Shown here one piece after another: positions 1-13,813 of a stretch of 64,000 bases of DNA. The translations under genes and the position numbers were made by a program. The notes below the pieces were generated by a model. That model searched no databases, had not been told where the DNA came from, and worked only from the letters and a program-made list of their open reading frames with translations. The DNA is taken from positions 104,284,001-104,348,000 of the forward strand of contig NC_043004.1 in the NCBI RefSeq assembly GCF_006345805.1, read 5' to 3'. The stretch comes from Octopus sinensis (taxonomy: Eukaryota). Position 1 is the stretch's first letter; every line of letters starts with the position of its first letter.

Positions 1-348
1 TATATATATATATATATATATATTATATATTATATATATTATAATACACACATATAATATATATATATATAATATACACCATATATATTATATATTAATA
101 TATATTATATATATATATTATATATATATATAACATATATTACATATACACATTTACTATCTTTATATATATATATACATATATTACATATACACATTTA
201 TATATTATATATATACATATATACATACACATGTATATACATATATATGTAATGTGTGTGTATACATGTGTGTGTGTCCATATGTATGTATATATCTTTT
301 ATCTTTATACATATATACATATATATATTTGTATGCAGTGTGGGTGTT

Positions 349-401
<53 letters not shown>

Positions 402-997
402 AATGTCTACTTTTAAACATTTATAGCTAAACTGAATGTAGTTGGTGGTTATTTAGCTTTGCTTGTAGAAAATTCATCTGTGTATGTGTGTGTGTGTGCT
501 TAAAGCATATATATGTGTGTGTATATATGCATGTGGTTAAAAAATCCTGGTTGTAGACTTGGCTGTGTGTGGTTGCCAATTTCACTTCCCGACCACATGG
601 TCTCTAGTTCAGTTTGTCTGCCTGGTTCCTTGGGCCAGTGTTTTCTACTATAGCCCTGGGATTTCCATTTGTTACATCAAGAAATTATGATAACATGAAG
701 ACAAGAGAAGCAATTTTTCAAGCAGTGTCAACATAAAGACTAACATGGGGACAAATACACAAACTCACACAAACACACACATTTGTATGAGTATGTGCGC
801 ATGCACACACGCACACTCACATACTCATACACCCGCTTCGTTTCTATCTTCTGTTTTCACTGAGAAGATATTAGTCTGCTTGAAGTTATAGTAACTGACA
901 TTTGCTTAAGATGCAGTGAGACCGAAACTAGAATCACATGATTTTTTAGCGAATTTGTTAATAACAGCTCTGCCTGCAGCTGTGTATTTGTGTGTGT

Positions 998-1028
<31 letters not shown>

Positions 1029-1256
1029 TGTTTAGGAAGCTGCAAGTTATGGCTAGTCATAGAGTAACCATTGGTTTTGCATCTATAAAGCACTTAGCAG
1101 TATAGGTGATTATACTACTAAGCAGTTTATTGGTGTGAAACCAATAGTTACTCTATGAGTGGCCACAGGTTTTAACTTACTAAAATATACATTACTACTC
1201 TAATACTTTAGCATGTGTCCCTTTTTTCAGACATATGACCTACTGGCAATATATAT

Positions 1257-1631
1257 ACTCTTTTACTCTTTTACTTGTTTCAGTCATTTGACTGCGGCCA
1301 TGCTGGAGCACCACCTTTAATCGAGCAACTCGACCCCGGGACTTCTTCTTTGTAAGCCCAGTACTTATTCTATCGGTCTGTTTTGCCAAACCGCTAAGTG
1401 ACGAAGACATAAACACACCAGCGATGTCAAGCGATGTTGGGGGGACAAACACAGACATACAAACATACACACATATATATTTATACATATATACGACGGG
1501 CTTCTTTCAGTTTCCGTCTACCAGATCCACTCACAAGGCTTTGGTCAGCCCAAGGCTATAGTAGAAGACAAGGTGCCATGCAGTGGGACTGAACCTGGAA
1601 CCATGTGGTTGGTAAACAAGCTACTTACCAC
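1257..1631 (-). mobile_element. tRNA-derived SINE, family A (CORE-like body, internal TA/TG microsatellite, (GTAAAAGA)n tail); slightly 5'-truncated
   Basis: Reverse complement aligns by eye over ~370 bp with the copies at 53668-54060, 56628-57025 and 41586-42003. Confidence 0.9.
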
Positions 1632-2142
1632 GTTTTTATTTAGAGAGGTATATCCATGTATAGAAGTGTGTGCGTGTATGTGTATATCATCATCATCGTC
1701 GTTGTTTTAATATTTACTTTTCCATGCTTGCTTAGATGAGGCAAGAGCATACTGGGACAAAGTTTCCTATGTCTTGTTACCAAATTATGTCACCAACTCA
1801 CACCTGTTTCTAAGTAAGGTTGTAACCTCACAGTTTATCAAACAAACAGCCCAGACATGCTTTCACAGTGGACTGCAGGCAAATGACTCTCAGACACACA
1901 TACATATTATACATTCAGGCACACACACACATACGCCCTTCCCCACATGCATGTGTTCGATGGTCTTCTTTCTGATTCTGTCTATCAAATCCGTTCACAA
2001 GGTTTTGGCCTGTCCAGGGTTATAGTGGGAGACACTTGCACACAGTATCTTGCAATGGGACTGATATGTATGTTGTATATATGTATGAGTGAGTAGACAC
2101 ACAAAAGAAGGGTACTCAACACATTTATTGGGAGTTACATGT

Positions 2143-2430
2143 ATAGATCAAAACAGTTTGATTCAGAATTCTCGGTACTCTGAGCTTCAAGCTTGTACTT
2201 AGTCTTCGGTCATTGGAGTCTGAATGAGAGGTCAATGAAAGAGAGTCAATGTTTATTGCTGGACGCATAATATATAGATCAAAACAATTTGATTCTGAAT
2301 TCTTGGTGCTCCAGTAGTAAGCATTGACTCTCTTCAATCGATCTATCATTCAGATTCCAATGGCTGAAGACTAACCATGGCCTTGAAACTCAGAGTACCA
2401 AGGATTCTGAATCAAACTGTTTTGATCTAT
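2143..2430. mobile_element. Fold-back element (inverted arms ~2143-2263 / 2310-2430) with hammerhead-like motifs; Penelope pLTR/retrozyme-like
   Basis: Arms are reverse complements (atagatcaaaacagtttgattcagaat... / ...attctgaatcaaactgttttgatctat). Internal partial direct repeat at 2273-2311 with period 131. Confidence 0.7.
2361..2400 (+). ncRNA. Minimal type I hammerhead ribozyme-like motif (stem II degenerate)
   Basis: TGG-CTGAAGA-(ctaaccatggcctt)-GAAA-CTC-A-GAG-TA-CCA: stem I UGG/CCA, canonical CUGANGA and GAAA, near-palindromic stem III, GUA cleavage triplet. Mirror copy on the minus strand at 2172-2212. Confidence 0.55.
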
Positions 2431-2471
2431 CTATCTGTCTGTCTGTCTGCCTATGTATGTATGTATGCATG

Positions 2472-2505
<34 letters not shown>

Positions 2506-2595
2506 TATGTCTGTCTGTCTGTCTGTCTGTTGTCTATGTATGTATGTATGCATGTATATATGTATGTATGTTGTATGTATGTATGTATATATATA

Positions 2596-2636
<41 letters not shown>

Positions 2637-2861
2637 CTGTTTGTCTGTGATACCCGATCCCTTTTGATTGCCTTTTTTCTTTTTCCCCGACCCTTTTGAT
2701 CGGAAGTCTACTTTTTTTTTGTTTTTTTTTTCTTTTTCATTTTCGAAAAGAAAAGCTCTACATTTGTATTTGTCCCTTCTGTGTTCAGCCTGGGTGGTCA
2801 ATAAAGAAAGTTATCTATCTGTCTGTCTGTCTGTCTGTCTGTCTATATACACACACATTAC

Positions 2862-3265
2862 TTATTTCAGTCATTGGACTGTGGCCATGCTGGAGCATTT
2901 TCTTGAAGGGTTTTAGTCAAATAAATCGACCCCAGTACTTATTTTTAAAGCCTGGTACATATTCTTCTATTGCCCCCTTTTGCTGAACTAGTAAGCTACA
3001 GGAATATAAACAAACCAACACCAGTTGTCAAGTAGTAGTGGGAGACAGACTCAGACACACACCCCCACCTACCCCTCACACATGCATGTATATTTATATA
3101 TACAACTGGCTTCTTTCAGTTTTTGCCTACTCAATCCACTGATAAAGCTTTTGTCAGCCCTGGCCTGTAAGTAGAAGATTTTTTGCCCATGGTGCCACAC
3201 AGTGGAACTGAACCCAGAACCATGTGGTTGGAAAGCAAACTTCATACCAAACTATTATGCCTGTG
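2862..3265 (-). mobile_element. Older family A SINE copy
   Basis: Diverged match to family A (tcagtcattggactgtggccatgctggagca ... gaacccagaaccatgtggttggaaagc). Confidence 0.75.
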
Positions 3266-3296
3266 CCTCTGTGTGTGTGTGTGTGTGCGCGCGCGC

Positions 3297-3329
<33 letters not shown>

Positions 3330-4277
3330 CATTCCCACTACTTTCTATTGATCAGTTGCTGTCGCTTCATTTAGATTATGTAAATCAATCTAGTTTCTTT
3401 ACTTTCAACTTAGAAGACAGCCGTCCACCCATACATTTACATCCGCACACTCTACTGATCTTTTATTTATTCATTAATTTCCATTTATGTGTCTGGGAAG
3501 ATTTATTTATTGATAACACTGCAGTGCGGAGAGGAGACACCACCGTGGTGGAGGTCTGGGGTTATCAGGTAGTGTATGTAACTACCTAAAAGTGCTTGGT
3601 GACAACATTTATACATGCTTTTGACCAAGTACTAAACCAGATTATTTATGGCACTTCTTCAGCACCATATTACTGTCACTCACTGGACAGATAAACACTC
3701 ACAGAGGCTGCCTCTTAGTTTGGAAAGAGAGACAAAAGGGAAGAGAGAGAGAGGGAGAGGCTGAGCATGCATTCTACTTCTCAGTTGTAAAGCTCTGGTG
3801 AAGTTTGAAGGTGTCAAATTAGATTGGAAAGCTATCATGGAAGACGTCTGGTGGATCATGGTTCAAATCTATCAGACAGAGTAGATTGGAAGGAAAATTA
3901 GATTACTCTTGTGTCGTTAAGACTTTAATTGATTTTTATTTGATTTCCCTGAGTGTACAACTTTGTAGGCAAAGTGAATTGGATATGTTTATTTTATAGA
4001 TTGTTTTCATTGGAATATATGGTAGCTAGTAGCTTTGTGACCTTGCTTAGAGGTGTTGTTTATTTTTGGCTGTATGGTTAAGAAGCTTGCTTGGCAGCAT
4101 CATGGTATGTGTGACTCTTCTGGTTGGTGGGTGACCAGAGTCTCATGAGAAAAACTTGGTAAAGAGAGACCTAGCCGAAGCATGTCATATACATACGCAC
4201 ATGCATGCATGTATGTGTGTGTGTGTATATATACATGTGTGTGTGTGTGTGTGTGTCAGTGTCTGTGTTAGATGGGT

Positions 4278-4511
4278 GGAGGCATGACTGAGTTAAGAAA
4301 CTTGCTTCCTGACCACATGGTTCAACTTTTGGTCCCGCTGCGTGGCACATTGGGCTAGTGTTTTCTACTATAGCCTTGACCAACCAAAGCCTTGTGAGAG
4401 GACTTGGTAGATGGAAACTGAAGGAAGCCTGTGATATATATATATATTATATATATATAATATATATATATATTATATATATTATATATATTATATATAT
4501 ATATATATATA

Positions 4512-4573
<62 letters not shown>

Positions 4574-4871
4574 AGGCGCAATGGCCTAGTGGTTAGGGCA
4601 GCAGACTCGCGGTCGCAGGATCGCAGTTTCGATTCCCAGACCGGGCGTTGTGTGTGTTTATTGAGCGAAAACACCTAAAAGCTCCACGAGGCTCCGGCAG
4701 GGGATGGTGGTGATCCCTGCTGTACTCTTTCACCACTCTTTCTCCCACTCTTTCTTCTGTTGGCCTGCTCACTTAGCCAGCGGGGTGGCGTCCTTCGAAG
4801 GCTAAAACAATGCGAACGCATTGTGACCAGCAATGTGTAACAACATCTGATGGTCTGGTCGGTCACGTGAT

Positions 4872-4918
<47 letters not shown>

Positions 4919-5143
4919 CTACGTGTGTATGTGTGTGTGTTTCTGTGAGTCCCCCATCACAGCTTGACAACTGGTGTTTGGTTTGTTTACATTCCCATTA
5001 TTACTTACCAGTTCAGCAAAAAAGGCTGATTAATTTAGGACCAGGCTTAAAAAAGTGCAGGGATTTGTGCAGCCAAATATTCTTCAAGGTGGTGCCCCAG
5101 CATGGGTGCAGTCTAACAAGTGAAACAAGTAATGGATAAAAGA
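4278..5143 (+). mobile_element. Older family A SINE interrupted in its internal (TA)n by a family B SINE
   Basis: 5' half at 4278-4435 and 3' half at 4925-5143 both match family A; a family B copy lies between them. Confidence 0.75.
4571..4880 (+). mobile_element. tRNA-derived SINE family B, tail type T1
   Basis: A box TGGCCTAGTGG and B-box-like GTTTCGATTCC. Near-identical to 39527-39830; shares head and body with 59964-60347. Confidence 0.9.
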
Positions 5144-5184
5144 TATAATATTTATATATGTCTATGTACCATATATGTATATAT

Positions 5185-5224
<40 letters not shown>

Positions 5225-5255
5225 TATGTATATATATATATATATATATATATGC

Positions 5256-5304
<49 letters not shown>

Positions 5305-5307
5305 TGC

Positions 5308-5358
<51 letters not shown>

Positions 5359-5533
5359 GCATATGTATTATATAATATATGTTATATATATAAGTATATA
5401 TGTGTGAGTGTGTGTAACCATGCCAAAGTTGACATTAAGTACAGTGCAACCCTGTTGTTCCCCTGATCCTGATAAACCATCCAAATTATGCCAGCATGCA
5501 AAATGGATATTAAATGATGATGAAGATGATGTG

Positions 5534-5573
<40 letters not shown>

Positions 5574-5803
5574 CTGTGTTCATGCTCTATGATGTGTCAA
5601 AGTCAATACATTATGTGTAGAGAATAAAATGTGTAGAAAACGAGATTGCTTTTTTAGAGATGTAACTCGGGTGAACTTAGCCATTTCATAAACAGACATC
5701 AATAAAATAAGCAGCAGACTAAATGCAGGAGTCAGTTGGTTCATTTCCTCGTTAGCACTATTGTCTTGGAAAGGTATGACATCGTTTAATATTTCATGTG
5801 TTT

Positions 5804-6332
5804 TAACCCTTTAGCACTTAAGCTAGTGAAGGTGCATAGTGTAGTGGTTAAGGGTATTCAGCTCATGATCGTAAGGCCATGAGTTCAATTTCCGATGACG
5901 TGTTCTATCCTTGAGCAAGATACTTTATTTCACGTTGCTCCAGTCTACTCATCTGGCAACACTGAGTTGTACCTGTATTTCAAAGAGCCAGCCTTGTCAC
6001 ATTCTGTGTCATGTTGAGTCTCCCTGAGAACTATGTTAAGGGTACATGTGTCTGTGGAGTGCTCAGCCACATGCATGTTAATTTCATGAGCAGGCTGTTC
6101 CATTGATCGGATCAACTGGAACCCTTGCTGTCATGACCGATAGAGTACCATTTTCTATTTTTAACTGGTCATATCCAGCCCCAAAATTCTACCTGTATCA
6201 TGTTGAAGCTGGCCAAATCCATCTTATCACATTCTCAAAATCTCAAATCTACAAGATACAATGTATGATTAATTTTTTTAATGTAAATAAACAAACACCA
6301 CATTTGACAAAGTAATCTGGTTGCTAAAGCTA
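5804..6332. mobile_element. piggyBac-like MITE remnant interrupted by a SINE
   Basis: Left end TTAA|CCCTTTAGCA, right end TGCTAAAG (degenerate inverted terminus). Confidence 0.4.
5826..6150 (+). mobile_element. tRNA-derived SINE family C (CORE-like body, tail T2)
   Basis: tRNA-like head, then ccttgagcaagatactttatttcacgttgctccag, then a tail shared with 59964-60150 and 19212-19539. Confidence 0.8.
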
Positions 6333-8099
6333 TGAAAATTACAGTCTTAATTTTTTTTCATATTCAAGCAAGGAATCAGTTTATAGTTAAGTATTGTTAA
6401 CTGATATTAAATCTTTAGCCATTGTTAGGTTTTCAATAAGTAATAATTTCTTTTCATGTACAAAACAAATTAGTGATTGGTTCGACCTTAGTATACAACA
6501 AGGATTAATACGAGCCAGTGAGGGAGCCTCTGCTCAGTCACTTAATCTGCTAGAAATAGCAGTCGAATATCAAATTACACTCTCTCTACCATCTTAAATA
6601 AAGATTGGTACAGTAGACTGTTTCATCTTTGATATACAAAAATTCATTTGGCTGTGGTTGGAACACCTTTGATCATAGATTTGTTCACTTAGCTATATCT
6701 GACATGGAGGCTAAACAACCATGAGAACTGATCCTTGTTTTATTTATCCCAAAAGTATGAAAAGCAAAAGTAGGATTAAATATCAAAAGAACACTACACC
6801 AATCTGGATAATGTTTAGTGTTTCAATCTCCAGCAGTAGAGTGTAAATATGTTAACATTTTGATGGAGCACCATAGTTTCGGTCCCCGGTGGATTGTGTA
6901 TACTTATAACATGGTACATTAATATTAGTGTGAAGTCTTGTTTGTCACTTTTACATATATACCATATTGATAATAGCTTTTTTTATTCATTTATTTACTT
7001 TTTACTGTTAATATGATGCTTGAGATTGTTTTAGGGGTTGGAAAATAGGAAAGGTGTGTGGTGCATTGATTATGTTTTTTGTTTTTTTTCCTAAGGGCAC
7101 AACATTAGTTAAGTGCTTGTAGTTCCGGAGACTGAAAATGGGTCACAAATTTGGCACATTATCATTGCACTCTAACTCATGCCACAAGAGAGTAATAATT
7201 AATAATGCCATCTCTTCAGTTTCTTTGATCAAACATAATATTCCACTGTGAATCCTTGTCAATTTTTGTGTCTTCATTCTGTAAGTACATTTGATTTCCA
7301 TTATTTACTCTAGTTTGTTCTGCTATTTTTGACTTCAAGGGTAAACCTCAGTTTTGCAATTTTTTCCATGCCTGATTCCTTCACATAAGCCATCCCATAT
7401 TTATTATTAGCACTGTTGCATTAACAAAGGCGGCAAGGTCATTTGATTTCTATTCACCAATAGTCCTCATAAATGTTTTTTGTTAATTTCCCAGTGGCTT
7501 TTCTCTCACCGTAATTAAACCAAGTAGAACAATGTAAAAACACAGGATTTTTCTACAAGAATATCTTTCTTCAACAGCAGTTGTTGCTGTTTAGTTCTAG
7601 GTTTACCTGATTGAGGAGACCTACAATCAAAAGCCTTCCAACCATGACTACCTCATCTTTATTTTTCTCTTCAAGACAATGTATTTAGAATTATGTAAAA
7701 GGCCAAAGAAAAAATGTGAACCTTATAACCCTCTTTTATCTAGAAAATTGCAATGAAGACATTGAAACTAAGAGGTATTAGTCTTCTTTCAATAATAGGA
7801 AAAATTATGTCTAAAAGTTTGAGATATTTTTAATAAGATTATTTATTTGCATGACCTGTTATGAATAACAGCCAATTTCCCTTAAATGACATCCAACCAT
7901 CTTGAAAAGGAAGGACATATTGTATAGTGTAGTCCTGGATTATACATAGCTGTGGAATGGCTTCAGCTGGAATACTTTTGATCTGCTGAATTAAGGCTGG
8001 CCAGGAGCTAAAAATCAAACTAGACACCTGTTTCTATTATGTTCTAGATTCTCACCACCTGGCACAAAGCCACCTCTTTCAATACTACTCCCCACTCAA

Positions 8100-8330
8100 T
8101 TGAGGGGCTCATGTTTTGCAAGTTACTTACTGACCTTGCTGGTACTGTGTAACAAAAAAAAAAGCCCCCAGAACACTCTATCTAGTGGTTGACATTAGGA
8201 AGGGCATCTAGCCATAGAAATCATGTCAAAGCAGACAATGGAGTTTGGTGCCATCTTTTGACTTACCAGCTCCTGTCAAACTGTCCAACCTGTGTCAGCA
8301 TGGAAAACAGATGTTAACGATGATGATGAT
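8100..8330 (+). mobile_element. Short copy of the RTE 3' UTR/tail
   Basis: Matches 49095-49258 (gttaggaagggcatccagcc ... agcatggaaa ... gatgatgat). Confidence 0.7.
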
Positions 8331-9330
8331 TTTCAATATCTTATTACAATGAAAATTAATTGTAACAATTAGCAGTTTACTCAGTGGAAATGTAGTGACA
8401 AAAATGTGAATCTGAGGAGGAAGGTCAATGCCTACGATCTTCATAGATCTATTTAGACTTAGGGATTATATGATATATCATGTATCGTGTGGTGAAGGTG
8501 GATGACTGTGTTAGAAGTTGACCAAGGAAAGTGTGAAATAAAGTAAAGAGATGAGATCATATAACTTTAAGTGGGTCTGTCTTATAGTCACGATTACCCA
8601 GGATGAACATGAATGAAAGATGTGCACCATTGTAGACATGTTTGTGCAACTTGTGTCAGCATTGGAAAATATGAGAAATTAATATACTAAAACTATTGAA
8701 AATGATGATGATGATGATAATAATGATGATGATGATGGTGATGATGACACTGATGCTGACAACAATAGTGGTTATGGTGATGATGGTGATTGTATTGCCA
8801 TTAGCAATGATGGATTTGATGGTGAGGGCACTGGTAATGATTGTGATGGTGATGACGATGATGATGATGATGATGATAATCACAAGAGAGGGAGGATGGT
8901 AAAGGTAAAGAAGACAGTGGTGGTGGTCATCATGATGATGATGAGGTGGAGAGGAGGGTGGTGATGGTGGTGGTGATTACTGGCAATGGAAATGTTGATG
9001 AAGATAATGATCACTGATGATGATGATGATTGTTATTGGTAGCAGTGACGCTGCTGTTACTGACAATTGATGGGAATAACGACAGTGATAATGATGATGG
9101 GTCTAACGATTATGATGTGTTAATCTTCTTGTCTTGGCACAAACATTCTGCTGGTGTTGATAACATAGTTCCACTGGTCTCGTGGACTTTTGATTTACCA
9201 TCTCTTTGCTTTCTAAGCCTCTTTCATCAATACCTTCACAGAATAGTTGTAACACAGGACCCATCGTCTCTCTATATAAGTGTGTGTGTGTGTGTGTGTG
9301 TGTGTACATATGCATATATATATATATTAT

Positions 9331-9380
<50 letters not shown>

Positions 9381-9384
9381 ATAT

Positions 9385-9417
<33 letters not shown>

Positions 9418-9620
9418 AATATATGTACATGTTGTGTATATGTTTGTGTGTAATCTGCTCACTAATACAAGATTCAGCTGTCTTTGGTGATATATGATCA
9501 ATCTCTCTATCTCTCCTTTTCTCAATGTATGTATGTTTGTGTGTATACATACAAATACATTTACGCACATACACACACACTCACACATATATATTCACTG
9601 ATACTAGATTTGCCTGTCAC

Positions 9621-9624
<4 letters not shown>

Positions 9625-9659
<35 letters not shown>

Positions 9660-9786
9660 CTCTCTCTCTCTATCTACTTCCTCTCTCTCTCTCTCTACTT
9701 CCTCTCTCTCTCTCTACTTCCTCTCTCTCTCTCTCTACTTCCTCTCTCTCTCTACTTCCTCTCTCTTTCTCTCTCTCTCTCTCTAC

Positions 9787-9826
<40 letters not shown>
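9625..9826. repeat. Compound (CT)n repeat punctuated by ACTTC
   Basis: Repeated (ct)n-acttc units seen directly. Confidence 0.9.
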
Positions 9827-9831
<5 letters not shown>

Positions 9832-11128
9832 TGATACAATATTCTTCAACCCGTATATTTATATCTTTCACTCTCTGCACAAACGACCTGGAACTGATAA
9901 TTTTTGATTTTCTCAGACTGAAGGATCACATAATTGTGTACTGTTAGAGTGAATAGGTTTGGACACAAGGGTCCGTTTAGATTCTTCTGTCTGTATTGTC
10001 AAAGAACTCCCTAAGGATACATGTCATTCCTTCTTTGCTTGCCACCAAATATATATGATGCCTTTTCAGAGTTTTTCATCTCCGCAAGCCTTCAGAATAA
10101 AGGAAAATCCATGGGCAACGAGGAGGAGGAGGAGGAGGAAGGGGAGGACGTGGGTGGTGGTGGTGGTGGTGGTGGTGTCGGTGGTAGATGATTGTAAGAA
10201 GTTTGGGAGCAAGTTAACTAAGGCTAAGTGAAGGAAGGGAGTAGGAAAGGTGTAGCTTAAATTAGATCAAGTTTGGTCATTGATTGGTAGGGTTCAATGA
10301 TTTTTTTCTTTTTGTTTTTTGAAGGGTCATTTCTGATAGGGAAGAAACTAATATAAGAAAAAAATCTCCCCTGTTCACAGGAGAAACTTTTTTGATTTTT
10401 TTGTTGTTGTTGTTGTTGTTTTTTTCCTTTCCTGTATTGAAAAGAGCATTGAAAGGGAGAACAGGAGCACGGCTTTTGTGTGCATACATGTGCACGTGTA
10501 TGTGTGTGTGTGTGTGTGCATGTGTGTGTGAAAGTTAATGTTATAGTACAGAAGTATGAATGGGTGACAAATGAAAAGCGGGTGGGGAGTGTGTTTCGTA
10601 AGTTGGAAAGCAGAGGAGGAAGAACGTGTTTTTGGAAAGGGCTTTTATATAAGGATCATAACAATAGTGATGATAGGCGAGAGAGAGAGAGAGAGTGTGT
10701 GTGTGTGTGGATGGGATGGGGGGAGAAAAAGTGAAAACACCTCAATAGCTAAGAAGAGGTTACCAAGAAGAGGTTTCTTTTTCCTAAAAGAAGAGGGGGG
10801 GAAGATAATATAAAAACAAAAACAAAAACAAAAAACACTCTCAGCTAACCCCGTAATTTTATTTTTTTCATGTTATTTATTTGTTTATTTATTAATTCTC
10901 CTAAGAATGTTGATGGCTGATGTATTATCTTCATCTCAGACATGGAAGCAGTTATCCAGCGCAGGGGCAGATTTTGAGATTTAAAGATTGTTAGGAAGCA
11001 GGAGCTGGAGCGAGGAGCGAGGAGCTAGGAGCTACGAGAAAGATGCTACTGAAGAGAGAAACTTATTTTCTATGCCTCACCCACCAACACCACCCTCACC
11101 AATAACAACATCACTAAAACACAGAGAT

Positions 11129-11175
<47 letters not shown>

Positions 11176-11189
11176 TATAGATGGATAGG

Positions 11190-11226
<37 letters not shown>

Positions 11227-11920
11227 TAGGAAATCACAAACAAAACAAATAAACAGCTCCCCACCACTACACACCCAAATTTTGTTCCATGATAGATAAA
11301 AACTGGGAGTTATTTCTTCCTTGCCCATATTTTACCAAATTTCTTACAGATGTAAATAGTTAGAGCCTTTCTTTTCCTGTTAAAATATTTAAGAGAAAGA
11401 GGTTGGTGGTGGTGGTGGTGGTGGTGGTGTTGGTGATGATGGGGTGTATGGAATAATCAAAATTATCTGTAATCCCTGCAATGTTATTACTGATGGATGT
11501 GTTGAAGCCATAATGCTGGGGTTTTATTTCTGTTTTTCTTTATTTATTTCTGTTTTTTTTTCTTCTTTTCTTTTCTTTTCTGAATGGAGCAAATGGGAAA
11601 TTAATCAGTACTACGTACATATGTCATTGCTTAACTCTTGTTTTGGAATTATTCAGTTAAATATAATTAAAGAGGTATCTGTCTCCAGGGCTGTTGTTGT
11701 GTGTATACTCTTGTATATGACACCCCACCCCTTCTTCCCCCCCTCTCTCTCTCCCTCCCTCCCTCCTGTGTGGTGGGGTTTATTACGCGACTGTGTGTGG
11801 CATTATTCAGTCGTATATGTCACTGCATGTTTCACTTTGTGTGTGTGTGTGTGGTTGTTTATACGATTGTGTTTACTACAATACTTTGTTACTATGTCTG
11901 TATGCTACATCATGTGTGAC

Positions 11921-12002
<82 letters not shown>

Positions 12003-12054
12003 ATGTGTGTGCATGTGCTAGGATGTCTATCTGCTTATGTGTCTGTGTGCTACA

Positions 12055-12093
<39 letters not shown>

Positions 12094-12434
12094 TATGTGT
12101 GTATGTATGTATTTGTGTGCATATACATGTTTTTACATGTGTTCTAGTTTAAGGATAAGCATGTGTGTATGTGTGTGTAGAACATGATAAAATAAATAAT
12201 GAATACACCCAGCTAATTTGTCTTGGAGAATAAGGTGATATTCACATGTACATTATATAACCTATGCCAGGAAGTGATAATGATGTCTATACACACACAC
12301 ACATGTATATATATATATATACATGTAAATGTTTAACCTGTACGTGCATGTGCGTATATATACCTGTATGTGCATGTGTGTATATATATATATATTCTCA
12401 CACATACATCTACAAACATATACAAGTGCATATA

Positions 12435-12475
<41 letters not shown>

Positions 12476-13813
12476 CATGTATACAAACACACATATGCAT
12501 ATGTATGCATACACAAACATGCGCATGTGTGTGCAAACATGTATGCATGCTATGTTCAGTGTCTGTGTGTGTGTAACTGTTTTGTGCACATGTATTAAAA
12601 ACCTAAAAATATCAATAATGGATGTCTCTAAACTTTATCATGCCTTTGTGAAGTTCATTAATATTTCAGGAAAACAGCAAGGTGCAGAATGACAATAGGG
12701 AGAGAGGGGGGGAGAACTGGCCTAGAATAAATAAATTCAATAATGACAATAAAATAAATAAAAGCTGGCCTAAAATAAAGAATGTTACTTGCTAAACTAT
12801 AGCTTAACTGATAGTGCACCGTGTTGCATTATCAGACTTAATCGATAGAATCCTAAGGATTCTATTGTTATTGTGTAATTGTGCAACATTGTGCAGCTGT
12901 AGGTCTTTAGTGCACTGACTCTACAACCTGGTATTCAATCCTCTTTTTGGAAATGCTTCACTTATGTAACTAATTCCATTGAGAGAAGTGTGAGTGTTAC
13001 ATCATCGTTGTCATAATAATAATAATAATAATAATAATAATCATCATCATCATCATCATTTAACATCCAGATTTCTGTGCCTGCATGGATCAGATGGAAT
13101 TTGGTTGAGGTGGGTTTTCCAAAGCCGGATGTTGACTTATCCTCTTGCCAACCTTCATGTGTTTCCAATCAAGGTGATATTTCCGCATGACCAGGCATGC
13201 TTCTCATGAAAGATTGGTTACAAAAGACACTGCTTGCATGGCAGTGATATTCATTTACAACTATTACATGAAGTCAAGGCTAGGAGCCAGTAATTCATGC
13301 ACATACATACATACATACATATGTATGCATGCATTTATGCACTCACGCACACACATACATACTGGGCTTCTTTCAGTTTCTGCTACCAAATCCATTCACA
13401 GGGCTTTGGTCAGCCCTGAGCTATAGTAGAAGGCACATGCCCAAGGTACCATGCAGTGGAACTGAACCCAAGACCATATGGTCAAGATACCTTATTATCT
13501 GAAGTAATGCTGGATAGTGAGGGCTTGATTGCAGATTGCTCATTGCTCTTTATCACATTTCTATTCAATTATGGATGACCAAGGACTAATAATAACACAG
13601 AGGGTTGTTTTGTAGGAGCAGAAATCACTAACTATTGCACTTATTATTTAATTATGCTCCTTTACATTCTAAGTTCATTAAAAATATTTGTTAGAATACA
13701 GAGATCAATCTAATTGGTTAGACCCCTTCCCTGTACATTAGCCAAAGCTAGAAGTCAATATAATTAGCAAAGAAAAATTTTACTTAAGCTCTCACCTCCT
13801 CTTTCATATTAAA

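Noticed and set aside
3590-3666. Possible hammerhead on the minus strand (ggtg-CTGAAGA-agtgc...)
   Set aside because: No GAAA at the right position and no valid cleavage triplet; only a local hairpin is supportable
4571-4650. tRNA-like sequences (also 39527, 60270-60347, 53668)
   Set aside because: SINE heads: no proper acceptor stem, and they continue into SINE bodies
8690-9120. Met/Val/Ile-rich ORFs
   Set aside because: Degenerate (GAT)/(GGT) trinucleotide repeats with no splice or codon evidence
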